From: Camelus ferus
Lineage: Eukaryota
DNA: 64,000 nucleotides
Reading direction: 5' to 3'
NCBI RefSeq assembly: GCF_009834535.1
Contig: NC_045696.1
Coordinates: forward strand, 121,274,001-121,338,000
The translations under genes were made by a program, and so were the position numbers. Shown one piece after another: positions 1-12,794 of this stretch. The notes below the pieces were generated by a model that worked only from the letters and a program-made list of their open reading frames with translations, searched no databases and was not told the origin of the DNA. Numbering within the stretch: position 1 is the first letter of the stretch; each line of letters opens with the position of its first letter.

Positions 1-359
1 CAGGACTTAATATTACTCAAGTGAGAAACTGGAGAGGACTCTTAATCCCCTCTTTCCTCTCTCCTCTTTCCCATCTGATATCTAGACAATCACTCCTTCC
101 TGTGAAATGTGTTGCCTAAATAGTCTCCAAATGACTCCTCTGCTCTCTTACCCTTGACGCCTCTGCACTTCAGGGCCTCACTCTCTCTTGCCTGGACCAC
201 AGAAACACCGTAACTGTTTTTTTTTTTTTCCCCTTGGTCAAGTCCATGGAGTCAGATTAACTATCAGAATGTGAGTCTGACCATATCTTTCCTCCCTCAC
301 ATCCCAGGACAGGGGGTCCTACAGATTTTTCTTTCCCTGGTATTTCTGCACTTAAAAAA

Positions 360-500
360 AATCTGAATATAAAGCAAAATGCCAAGATGTTATCATTTGT
401 TACATCCAATTAGAGGGTATGTAAGTGTTAACTGTATTATTCTTTCAACTTTTGCAGTATCTGTCAAATTTTCCATAATAAAAAATCGGAAAAAAATAGC
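360..500 (+). mobile_element. Ancient L1 (L1ME-like) 3' end
   Basis: 'gcaaaatgccaagatgttatcatttg...ttttccataataaaaa' resembles an old L1M 3' terminus followed by an A-tract. Confidence 0.55.
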
Positions 501-1889
501 AAAAAAAAATCTGTGTGCTTCTACTTTCATCTTTTCTCCTCTTTTTGTTTTTCTTGCTTATACCTTACTATTGGGCTCCCTCGTTACACTGTGAAAGTCC
601 TGTTGGTGGAGACGTGCATCTCTGAACCTCCAGAAACCAGCACGGGGCCTCACGGAGACTAGGTCTTGAATGGAGATTTATCTATAATTGAATGAATGAT
701 CACATATTTAATATATTAAGGAAGCTGGCACTTAAAAGACATTCAGCAAATGATTATCACTTGCAAGGAAAAGATCTTTGCAATTGAGATGATTTTGAAG
801 TTTCTGGTTTTACTCCCTGATGGCAGTCTTTTAATGTAGATTATTAAGGCTGTTTTGACATAGAGGAGGCAATCCAAGATTTGCTGAATGAATGAGTAAA
901 TAAGTCTTATGGAATCAGGGCAGGTACGATTATCTTCATCTGACTAAGGAAGACAGCAAGGCTTAGAGAGGGTGGTATGAAGCTCTGGGACATGCCCAAG
1001 GCGGTCCAATCACCCGGAAGCAGGTAGCAAAGTCAGAAGCAAGTGCTGGTGTTCACCTGCCATTTCAGTCCTGGCAAAGTCCTTCCTCACCAGGACACGA
1101 TGCAAGCACGGAAACCGAGAATGTTCCTCTTTGCTCTCTGTCCTTGGGGTTGCTTAGTGATGGACTTGCAAGGCCTGGGACTTGGAAACACAGGGGCAGC
1201 AGCTGCTAGGAGAGCAGTCACCAGGTGAAAAACTGATTTGCAAAGAGCAGCAGTTCGGGGCGTGGCAGGTCACAGCAGAATGAATGGGAGGTCATGTCAA
1301 GCTGCCTCCAAGAGCTTCAAGCTTCGCTGATCTTGAATCATCCAACTGTTTGAACTCTGCAGCCCAAGAGCTGCTCTGGCCACAACAGACGGTCTCATGC
1401 AGACTCCTCATGTAGAAGTAACAACCACACAGAGACCCCACTGCTGCCGCCTAACAGACACAGACCGTACAGAGCACTATGCCAGGCCCCAGCCCGGAAC
1501 AGAGAAGGAACATCTCAACTTTCTCCTCATAAGACCAGGTGTTAGCTCTGTCCTAGAAGGTGTGGAAGAAAGCTCACTACAGTGTGGTCTCTGAAGATGG
1601 TGGTGGACCAAGTCCCTCCTGTCGGGGAAAGACACGCTATGGTCATTCCTCTGAGCCAAGTTGTGTGTGAGGGCAGGGCAGCCTGATGGCTGTCCCTCTT
1701 CAGGACTTATCCGAAGGCAATGCGCAAAGTCAGTAAACATTTAATGAGTGAGCAGAAAAGGGAGTGTGGAATTTCTTTTCTGGTGTAGGATTCTATCAGG
1801 TCATTTGGCTACAACAGAAGAAGGGAAGTTAGAAGAAATGGCTTTACTCTCAGCTCCAAGCTGATGTTCAGGGCCCTCACCTTTTATTT

Positions 1890-2050
1890 CTGACTGTGGA
1901 ATCTGGGGCAGGTTGCTTACTCCCACTGAATCTCAGTTTGTCACCCTCAAATAGGTACAAAAATACCAACTGCACAAGGTGGGGAGGATTAAATGACATC
2001 TTAAAGGTAAAGTGCTGAGCAGAGTGCCTGGCGCTTAGTAGGCACTCAGA
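1890..2050 (+). mobile_element. MIR SINE
   Basis: MIR core 'gcaggttgcttactcccactgaatctcagtttg...aggattaaatga...gtgcctggcgcttagtaggcactca'. Confidence 0.75.
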
Positions 2051-2159
2051 TTCTTTGACTAGAAAATAAGGTGTGCAAAACCGAGGGGTGCCGGACACCA
2101 CCACCTGGCGTGTTTGTTTCGTGCTGCTCGGTAACATATTACTGCGATGGAGTGGCTAA

Positions 2160-2680
2160 GGAGAATACACACTTGCTATCTCACAGTTTCCATGGGACAA
2201 GAGTCCAGGCATAGCTCAGCTGAGTCCTCTGCTTAGGATCTCCTGGGCTGAAGTCTAGGTACTGGCTGGGCTGCATTCTCATCTGGATGCTTGACTGGGG
2301 AAGGTCTGCTCCAGGCTCCCTCATGTTGTTGAAAAAATCTCTGGCTGTTGAATACATGACAGCTTGTTTCTTGAAAGCCAGCAACAGAGAGATGGAGTCT
2401 CGGCTGCTTGAAGTCTCTGATTTCAGTGAAGGCACAGATGCTTACTGATTAGGTCAGGCCCACCAGGACAATCTCCCTTTTGAGTGATTCAATATCAGTT
2501 GATTAGGGCTCTTAATGACATCTTCACCTTTGCCATGCAACATAACATCACCATGAGAATAATATCCCCCCACCTCGGCCATATATACTGGTCAAAGGGT
2601 CACAGGTCCTGCTCACACTCAAAGGGAGGGAAATACACAAAGACATGGATACTGGAGGGTGTGAATCCCCACCCCCTGGG
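2160..2680 (-). mobile_element. MaLR MLT1 solo LTR
   Basis: 'tctcacagtttcc...aggtcaggcccaccaggacaatctcccttttga...cttcacctttgcc' matches the MLT1 reverse strand. Confidence 0.75.
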
Positions 2681-4471
2681 TGAGTGCACAATTGGACTGA
2701 AGGAGGAAAATGAGCACTTCTATTTATATTCATTTTTCTCACAGCCTTTAAAATTCTAGTATTCTATAAAACTTAAAATATACATACTCTATTAGTACAA
2801 GCATAAAGGTGTATAATTAATAAAATATGTGTATGTTGAAAGTGCTTTTATTGATAGAACTGCATAATAAAAAAAAACTGTAAACCATTTCAAGCAATAG
2901 CACTTTCCCTACCTGCTCCTCTCACTTTTGCTAATTATCTGTGATGTCTTGTGCAAATTACTTAATCTATGCCTCAACTTCATCTCCTGCAAAAATGGGA
3001 ACAATAATTCCTGTCCTGTCTCCCTCCCGGATGAGGCTCTGCAGAGAAAATGTGGGGAAGTATTTGGAAACAGACACGATACATACAAAGGCAGAAAAGC
3101 AAAAGAGTGTTTTTATCATCTCTGATTTTACACTAAGAAAAGCATGACAGAACTGCTCCAAGGTGCTATCTCCTTTCTGCCTGTATGTGATTTTTCCCAC
3201 ATATATGCAGGGTCCCCCAAGAGACTTAAAATACTATTGGGCTCTCTGGGACTTTATAACAAGCTGACAAAACCCCCAGAGGTCCCTGTTTCCTGGCTGT
3301 TCACTGCATGGACACTTCACCTGAAATGTGATGGGTGATGCTAAGTTGCAGGAAGGTCCTTGGTATTTCTCCTCCTCCTTTGTCCTTCAACTATTGACGA
3401 TGATGGAGAAACAAACCTGCTATTTTGTTTTTTAATCCTACCTTGGGGACAGCACTGAAAAGTCCCCTCATTTCTCTCGGGCATCAGAATAAAAGATATA
3501 AAGAAGGGCCTCCGGAAACCTCAGGAGGTATCAGATGGACTTAGACTCAACCAGTCCTGGGCTCAGTTTCCATCCTGAAGAAGTCTGAATTTTTAGGGGC
3601 TTACTCAACTCTCTGAGCTTCGGTTTCCTTCTCCATTAACCTTGTAATTTTGTTGTGGATTAGAGGGAATGGAATGTGGGAAAGGACTCTGCATAGCTCC
3701 CGGCATACAGCAGGTGCACAGAGGTGGATTAATGCTCTTGTCCCTTCTGTAGGTCCAGATGCAAGTCACAGTTTGGCTTCCAATGAGCCACATGGTCCAG
3801 GGTGAGTCCGGTCTCCTCTCTGGAGGCGCCTCCGTGCTCTCCCCCTCATTCCCGTGTGGTCACTCCCAGTCCACTTATTTTAAGGGACAGTGGGTGAAAT
3901 CAGTGGCCACCTGTTTGTAAGGAAGTTGGGTGCCACAGCTACAGGTCCCAAAGGTACGCTTAGCCCTGTGGAGTATAGGCTGTGACCAAGAATGGACAAT
4001 ACAGAAGTGTGGCACATGACAAACCCACTTCAGAAAACTAATGAAAGTCCAGAAAGACAATACTTACTACTTGTACGAGTTTTTATCACCAAGCAATTGC
4101 TCTCCTGCCCCATTTCTTTAAGTCTAAGTAGACACTGGAATTTAAGAGGAGATAAGCCAAACTGATCCATGATCTACTTCCTAACTTTCAATAAGGCCAC
4201 TCTACAAAAATTGGCTATGTTTGCCTGTCACTGGGGAAACCCTCTGAGATGTTTAAAAATAATTATTTCAATTCTGAATTTTTAAATAGGAACTAAACAG
4301 GTCTAAGAAGAATGTAGAAAATTGGCATGGATACTAAGAAAAATTTTCCATAACCTGGATATATGCCAAGAGTGTGACTATAAGTCTTCTCAAAGGCATG
4401 TAAAACTTTAACAGGCCCAAGGATGATGGATTTCCCTACAAGAATGCAGCATTGCATGATTTTGCTATTTA

Positions 4472-4609
4472 ATTTAATTTAATTTTATTTTATTTTTTGC
4501 ATTGTGTAGCAAAAGATTTTAAAGGATTTAGTTAGAAAAGGAAAAGTGCACCTCCAAGAATGGGAGGAGGGCTGATCCAAGGGAGGAAAAAGCAGTAGTT
4601 TTTGTCTCC
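4472..4609 (-). mobile_element. L1-mediated polyadenylated retrocopy of an ERV LTR 3' end
   Basis: TSD tg(a/g)ttttgctattta at 4457-4471 and 4610-4624, T-rich tail at 4472-4498. The body aligns to the LTR at about 38336-38445. Confidence 0.8.
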
Positions 4610-5535
4610 TGGTTTTGCTATTTATTGTTTCTTAATTCAGAGATCAGACTCTGTGAATTTACTTCTTTTAAACTCATGGAAGATGCAATGGCCTCTATCT
4701 AGTAGCAGAGGCAGCCCTGAAGTTTGTGACTTATTGCTGTGAAGGACACTGAGCAATTTTGTACTGAGAGAACTTAGTCCTGTTTAAAGAAAAAGACCAC
4801 ATAAACCCTATTGCACAAAATACTCCTGGAAGATACTTTTAATCATCTTACTGGATTCCTCATTGATGAACACGCTGATTAAAATCTTTGACACACGTTC
4901 ATCTGATAGTTGGAGGAGTCATACTTTTCACTTTTTGAAAATTAGACTCTGACAAGACCGTGGCTTGGCTTAGGGCTCGAGTCCAGAGATCCGCTTTAAT
5001 GAGCTCACGAAGCCCTGGAAATGGTCTGCATTTTGAAGGCAAACATCCTATTAACTTAATCAGACTCTCCAAAGGGTGTCTGTATCAAACTGCTGACCAC
5101 AGTCGAACCTCTAGAGTCCTGATTGATCTTTCCAGGCTCTGCATGCAGTATTCTGATCGCTAATTCTGCTTCGGGATGGCTTAGACAGCAGGGGAGAAGG
5201 ATCTTGTATGGAGCATGAGGATTACAGTTTTTGTGAAATTAATTTAATAAATTTTTGTAAATTAATACATTGGCCTCCTGACTTAAGCCTCTGCCTCTTG
5301 CATGAGTCAGTTCCTCCAGGACACAAAAGTCCAAGCAGTTATCTCAACAAGGAAGCCTGAGACCACAGCGGGGGGTGGGGCCCCAGGCTGGAGGCAGCAC
5401 GAAGAGGCATCTCAGCTTGTTTCTCTCTAACTTCTTGGGAGGATGGTAGTTCTAGCTTTCTTCTCCTTATTAGGATGGCTCCAAAGCACCTGCACTCCTC
5501 TGTGATGAGTTTAAGGCTACAAGAAGGAAGATGAC

Positions 5536-7404
5536 TTACACTACACTAACAATGAAATATCAGAAAAGGAAATTAAAGAAACAATCACTTTTAAAATTGC
5601 ATCCAAAAAAAATACTTAGGAATAAATCTGACCAAGGAGGTGAAAGACTTACATGTGGAGAACTACAAAACATTAGCTAGGAAATTAAAGATGACTTAAA
5701 GAAATGAAAAGATATCCCATGTTCTTGGATGGGAAGAATTAATATTGTTAAAATGGCCATATAACCCCCAAGCAATCTACAGATTTAACGTGATCCCTAT
5801 CAAATTACCCAGGACATTTTTCACAGAACCAGAGCAAATAATCCTAAAATTTTATGGAATCACAAAAGACCCAGAATTGCCAAAGCAGTACTGAAGAAAG
5901 GTAACAAAGCTGGAGGAATAACCCTCCTAGACTTCAGGCAATACTACAGAGCTATAGTAATCAGAACAGCATGGTATTGGTATAAAAAGACATGGATCAA
6001 TGGAACAGAATAGAGAGCCCAGAAATAAACCCACAGACCTATGGTCAATTAATCCTCAACAAAGGAGGCAAGAACATACAATGGAGTAAGTGGTATGGGG
6101 AAAACTGGGCAGCCGCATGTAAATCAACGAAGCTAGAACAGTCTCTCACACCACACACAAAAATAAACTCAAAATGGCTTAAAGACTTAAATATAAGACA
6201 AGACAAAATAAGTTTCCTAGAAGAAAACACAGGCAAAGCAGTTTTGACATAAATCTTAGCAATGTTCTCTTAGGGCAGTCTACCCAGGTAATAGAAATAA
6301 GAGCAAAAATAAAGAAATGGGACCTAATTAAACTTACATGCTTGTGCAAAACAAAAAGACAACCTATGAAATCGGAGAAAATATTTTCAAATGATGCAAC
6401 TGACAAGGGCTTAATTTCCAGAACATATAACAGCTCATACAACTGAATAACCAAAAACCAAACAACCCAATCAAAAAATGGACAGAAGACCTAAACAAGC
6501 AATTCTCCAATGAAGACCTACAAATGGCCAACAGGCACATGAAAAAAATGCTCAGTATCACTAATTATTAGAGAAATATAAATCAAAACTGCAATGAGGT
6601 ATCACCTCACACCAGTCCGAATGGCCATCATTCAAAAATCCACAAATGATAAATGCTGGAGAGGCTGTGGAGAAAGGGGACCCCTCCTATACTGCTGGTG
6701 GGAATGCAGTTCGGTGCAGGGAAAACAGTATGGAGATTCCTCCAAAAACTAAAAATAGACTTAACATATGATCCAGCAATCCACTCCTGGGCATATATCT
6801 GGAAAGAACTCTAATTTGAAGAGATACATGGACCCCAATGTTCACAGTAGCACAATTTACAATAGCTAAGACATGGAAGCGACCTAAATGTCTATCAACA
6901 GATCATTGATAAAGAACCTGTGGTATATTTATACAATGGAATACTACTCAGCCATTAAAAAAATAATGCCATTTGCATTAACATGGATGGACCTAGAGAT
7001 CATCATTCTAAGTGAAGTAAGCCAGGCAGAGAATGAAAAATACCATATCACTCATACATGCAATCTAAAAAAAGAAAAAAGAAGACACTAATGAACTTAT
7101 CTACAAAACAGAAATAGATTCACAGACATAGTAAACAATCTTATGGTTACCAGGGAGAAAAGGGGGTGGGAAGGGATAAATTGGGAATTCGAGTTTTGCA
7201 GATACTAACTACTATATGTAAAATAAACAAGGTCCTACTATATAGCACAGGGAACTATAGTCAATATCTTGTAGTAACCTATAATGAAAAAGACTATGCA
7301 AAGGAATATATGCATGTGCACGTATGTCTGAAACATGATGCTGTACACTAAAAATGGACACAACATTGTAAACTGACTATACTTCAATGGGAAAAAAAAA
7401 AAAA
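5536..7404 (+). mobile_element. 5'-truncated young L1 (ORF2 3' part, 3'UTR, poly-A)
   Basis: ORF2 remnants ([14 protein letters not shown]..., IYTMEYYSAIKK), poly-A at about 7392-7406, TSD aagaagg(a/g)ag(a/g)tgac at 5521-5535 and 7405-7419. Confidence 0.95.
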
Positions 7405-8799
7405 AAGAAGGGAGGTGACAGACATGTTCCCAGGGGACAAATACTTTATTTCTGATGATCAGTCAACATGTTCTCCCCTGACGGCGGTTTCCTGTGCTCC
7501 CTTTGGTCCTGTCCTGGAAGTCCAAGCTGGGATGTCAAGAGCATCATCACCATGAAGAGAGCTGATACCTCCTCCAGCTCCTGGGAAGGAGGCCCGGGGA
7601 CGGCCTTGCCAAGCACCTAATAGAGGGTCATGTCTCGTGGCCTCAAGGGCTCTCTGTAATAGCTATCCTTCATCTTGATGTTTTCTTTGCTAATTCTACT
7701 GGAAACACTTTCCACAGAAATGCCCAGGATGGCTGCAGATTGCAATAGTTAAAAAAAAATGCATTCCTTTTTAACGTTTAAGATGTGGGAGAGTAGCTGA
7801 ATGCCCTGCAGAAATGGACTCAATACAAAGGCCTCTCACAATGTCGACCCAGTTCGTGAAAACCTTCCTATTGACAAGGCTGCATTCGAAAACATTTCCA
7901 AAAGTGCAATAATAAAAAGTGAGACCTTGAGGCAACTTTTACAGCTTCAGCGTTTACAGAGCGGAGCAATGAAGAATGAGAAGTGGCTCGCCTACAGAAA
8001 GACAAACAAACCAGCAAACACAAGCAGGCAGCATAGCGGGGGTCTCGGTCGCTGGCACACGGCATCACTGTCATTTGGACAGAGCAAGGACCCCCATCAG
8101 GGTGAATTATGCTCTAAAGCTGCATCAGGGGGTCCAAGGACTCCCCTTAGACTGTTCCTCCCCGTCATCCTTCAGCAACTGCGTCCCCATCTCCCCAACC
8201 ATCTTCCCAGGAGCTGCTTAACCATCTGAATTTTCAGCGCAGAGGTGGACACAGACGGGTTAAATAAGTAAGAGGAAACTGCTTCTCATCACATTCAATA
8301 CATTGCACTTTACTGAAATGAATGTTCTCTCCAGAGGGAAAACGTCCACCGCGGACGACAGCAGGGCTCCCTCTTCCCCTGACGTCAGAGACCCCACCAG
8401 GCCACTGACGCGTGTTTATTCAGTGCTGTTAGTCCAGGACTTGAAAGTGTTTTCCAAAGGTGATTTCCTCAAACCTTTTCTGAGCAGTCAGACAGAGTGA
8501 GCATGGACAATTTTCCTCCAAAATAGTTGGGCCAGATGGTGTCACCTCCTCTATATTTTCAACTCACTACGGTGTGAGGATAGCCTTCCTGCCCCCTAGA
8601 AGGATTTCTGGGGGGGGGGGGATCCTGGGGTCCTGGAAGCCCTGAGAGCTGCTATCCCCCATCCTGGGTTCCTGTGAGGACACAAGTCACCCCAGGTATG
8701 GCCGGCCAGGTGAGGGCAGGACTCACCTCCTCAGTCCAGGGATGCTGGGCAGCTGTGTCAAACGGGGGCGTGCCAAGTCATGTTCACAGGAAGAAGATT

Positions 8800-8995
8800 C
8801 TTTTTTTACACACTCTTTTTTTTTTTTTAAATTGTGGCAAAAGATTAACAACCTAAAGTCTACCTGTGTAACCATTTTCGGGGCACAGCTCTGTGACATT
8901 AACTGCATCCACACTGTAGGGCACCCCTCACCATCATCCATCTCCAGAACCTTTCCATCTGCCCACTCAAACCATATCCCCACTAAGCACTGACT
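8800..8995 (-). mobile_element. Old L1M 3' end
   Basis: Poly-T followed by 'aaattgtggcaaaa...ccatccatctccagaacctttccatc'. Confidence 0.7.
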
Positions 8996-9589
8996 TGTGA
9001 GGTTCTTTTTTTATGTAAGACCAGATTGTATGATTTCCTGGGGGGAAGAAACACAGTGCTTGCTCTGGCAAGGTGTGCTCTGTTCTGAGATCCTGAGGAA
9101 ATCAGACTTGATTCTCTCTGATGAAAAAATTATCTTGGTATTGAAATACCTACTTTTGACCTCATTTTCAGGACACCCATTCCTCCCCCTCTGGAGTCAT
9201 TAGAGACTGGGCAGAGGAGGGCTCCTGTTAGCAGTGAAGGCTTGACATACAATGGGGAGAAATTTTCTCCTTGGATGATGTTTACTGGAGAAAAAGGAAT
9301 GGGTTCCCAGCAGGGTACAAGTGAAAGCAGGAAATCTTCTTGAAGAGAAAGACAGGGGGGTAGGGGTAGGACTGCTCCAGCCACACAGGCAATGGTTACT
9401 CTCTCGAACATCACAGATAAAGAACATTCCTACCATCACGGGGAGTTTTATTGGACAGAGTCAGACAGACTGGATTCCTGCCTATGTCACTTGCAAGGTC
9501 TGTCGATTGAGTCACATGATTTCCCCTTTCTGAGCCTCAGTTTTCTCATCTGCAAAATGGGGCTACTAAGGGTGTCTCCTTGTGAAAGA

Positions 9590-9960
9590 GCCAGCTCTCT
9601 GGTCACCAAAACTCACTGAAAATGCAGCTTGACCACATCTCTCAGCCTCTCCTGCAGTTCAGCATTGGGCATGTGACTGAGTTCTAGTCTCTAGAATACA
9701 GCCATCATTGCAAGTGCTGTTTTCAGCTAAAGCTTCCAGAGAGAGCCCTCCCCACATTTTTCACTCTTCTTCCTGCTGGATGTAAATGACAGTGAGCCCC
9801 TAAGGGATGGAGGGGCCACAAGACAGAAGCAACCTGGGCTCTGAATCACAGCACGGAGGAGAGGCAGACATGGATGAGAACGTTTTAGCTCCAACGTAAG
9901 TGAAAAACGCACTGTTCTGTTGCCCAGGGGCTCTTTGTCACTGTAGCACTGTTGAACCAA
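9590..9960 (+). mobile_element. Old MaLR MLT1 LTR inserted in a MIR
   Basis: 'gcatgtgactgagttctagtc...gccacaagacagaagcaacctggg'; MIR sequence on both sides. Confidence 0.6.
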
Positions 9961-10488
9961 GGATAATTCCAGGGCTCAATGAGATAATTTATGCCGTGTG
10001 CAGCATAGCATCCGGTCAATGCTCAGTAAATGTGAGCTGTCTTTTAATAGTTGAGAACAAGAACTACAGACATGAGAGAGCTAGGTTTAAACAAAGGCTG
10101 CACTCTTAGCTGTATTATCCTAAGCAATTTCCTTAAGCAAAGAGCTTTGAATTCCTCATCTATAGAAAAAGGGATCATGTTCATGAGAAGGGAAATATTA
10201 CAAAAGTTAAGAGCAGATGTAGTTTTTCTCTATTGAATAGCCTCCTGGATTCCTGCACAATTTAACACTAGTTAAGCTGCTGCTGTTCCACACTGCAGGA
10301 CTCACCACAGGTCTCAGCAGAGGCAGCCACCAGGCTGGGACAGAATGCCTGTGTCTGGGTTCGTCCAGTATAGAGACACTCTGGTGAGTCTGAGTCCTCT
10401 GGTAACTGCAGGACGTCTAGGCTGATGAAATATCGACAGACAAAACCAGCAGCCCTTGAATCCAGGAGGCCACCAAGAAAGCACTTAC

Positions 10489-11182
10489 GGAGGGAAGGGT
10501 ACAGCAGCTCAGTGACAGAGCACATGCTTAGCATGCATGAGGTCCTGGGTTCAACTCAAGTACCTCCATTTACCGTATGATCCAGCAATCCCACTTCTGG
10601 GCATATATCCAGAGAAAAATATAATTTAAAAATACACATACACCCCAGTGTTCACAGCAGCACTATTTACAATAGCCAAGACATGGAAGCAACCTAAATG
10701 CCCATCGACAGATGACTGGATAAAGAAGTTGTGGTCTATTTATACAATGGAATACTACTCAGAATGAAATAATATCATTTACTGCAACATGGATGGACCT
10801 GGAGATCATCATTCTAAGTGAAGCAAGTCAGAAAGAGAAAGAAAAATGCCACATGATATCGCTTACACGTGGAATCTTAAAAAAGGACACAAACGAACTT
10901 ATCTACAAAACAGAAACAGACTCACAGACATAGAGAACAAACTTATGGCTGGGGTTAAATGGGGTGGGAAGGGATAAATTGGGAATTTGAAATTTGCATC
11001 TCTTGGGGAATGATGGAAATGTTAGCTGTCTTGATTGTGGTGGTGGTTTCATGGGTGTACACATCTATCAAAATTCATCAAATTGTACATCTGAAATATG
11101 TATAGTTTACTGTACAGGAACCATGCCACAATAAAAGTGTTAAAAAAATAAATAAACCTAATGACCTCTGCCCAGGAAAAAA
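10489..11182 (+). mobile_element. vic-1-like tRNA-derived SINE interrupted by an L1 3' fragment
   Basis: SINE head 10489-10570, SINE tail 'aataaacctaatgacctc...' at about 11148-11182, perfect 14-bp TSD aagaaagcacttac at 10475-10488 and 11183-11196. Confidence 0.88.
10571..11147 (+). mobile_element. L1 3' fragment with a chimeric tail
   Basis: Young L1 ORF2 end and 3'UTR to about 10998, then a different L1M-like 3' end with AATAAA and an A-tract. Confidence 0.85.
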
Positions 11183-12794
11183 AAGAAAGCACTTACATTC
11201 TAACAGATCTCAGGACCATCTATCACCCCAAATTTTCCCCTTCCAATTATAAGATAGGTAGAGAGGGACGTGAACTTGCTTCCAGCTGCCGGAGAATGTC
11301 AAGTTCTTCACTACAGGTGTTTCCAACAACGCCGGACAGAGTGATGAACCCATCAGTTCCAACTCCCTGGGTTTTGTCCAAGAGTCAGCAAATGCTGGTG
11401 TAACCCATGGGCTTTCTAATGACTGAAGCCCCTTCTGTGAGTTTGGGAGACTCAGGGGCTGAATTAGGAACACTGCCAAGGACTGAGATCTGGAGGTTGG
11501 AACTGGGGTGGGGTTTCTTCTTCTCTAGGCACCAACAGCCAGAAGGTTTGTTAGAGGAAATCAGGGTGAAACAGAAAGAAAACAAGTATGACAACTAAGT
11601 CCAAAGGATCAGAGGCAAAATAAGGGGCACTTAGAGGCCCAGCAGTTAGGAGTCACGTGGGGTTGGGGATAAAAGGGGAAGTTCCCAGGCAAACTCCAAG
11701 AACACACTCCAGGAGTCAAATCCATTTGGCAGTGGTGTGTTAATCTGGCTCAGAGAGTCCAAAAACAAAGACAGCAAATTTGTGGAGAAAATACAGTTTC
11801 AATTCAAGATGGTCTGGTCACACTGAGAAGGACGGACAGGAATGGCTGGGTAGAAGCCACAGACAAGTGCAAGGAGTTCAGGTAGAAGGAAGAGCAGAAT
11901 GTAGGCACATTCACACGCAGCTCTGCAGTGAGACGGCAGAAACATACTGAACTACCTAAGAGGTGCCAGGAAGTCAGCTAGGTTCGGAGCCTCGGCAGGA
12001 AGACGGCGTTTCTCCACGCACGCTTGCAGACGGTCTTGCACCAGTTGGCTTAGGAAAACCGTCCGAATGACGATTCCAGGGCCACCGGGATTCTGGTTCA
12101 ATGGAGTGCTTTTCTGACAGGCCAGGAATCCAGCTTTGGGGTGCCGGAGGGACCTGTTTTAAGTTACTCAGGCTTGGCTGCTTTTAGAAGGGGGGGGGCT
12201 TCTGTCTCTGAGCCTCCTCTTGCCCTCATGGCCTCCTGAGTCTCATCGCTTCCACTCTGACTTTAGGGACCTGTTGCTTCCTTCTCCCTGGTTCTGACCC
12301 ACTGTCCCCACCCCATTGCAACCCCAGTTCATAACCGGGGCCTCTCTCCAGAATGAGTCCTGGTGCAGGGGTGGGAGGCAGGCTGCTACAGAAACCACTG
12401 GTCCTCACCCCCCTGGATCCCTCTCAAGGCAGCTGGCTTCTGTCAGTCACACTCAGAGGAGGTCTGCTCAGGAAAAGTCTCAGAGTTACCTGTGTGGTCT
12501 GACTAGCAGAGAAGGAGACAGGAAGCGGCCTCACGGAGCTCACACAGTGTCTGGATTGTTCTGGCACCGCACTTCCCACAGAACTAGGCACACGCGGTCT
12601 TAATAACACTTGCTGGTGGTCCTTCTTCCTCTCCGCCTCTCTAAGACCCCCAACTGGAAGAATCTATTCTGAATAGATTCTTAACACTGCCGCCTAACAA
12701 ACATGTCCTAGGTAGTAATAATATGTGCATCAAATCAAAGGAAATGATGAATCTCATATTTCAGAGAATCAAAGAGGCACATATTTATTTTCCT

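Noticed and set aside
7801..8229. 142-aa ORF in unique sequence
   Set aside because: No recognisable homology or gene structure; length is compatible with chance.
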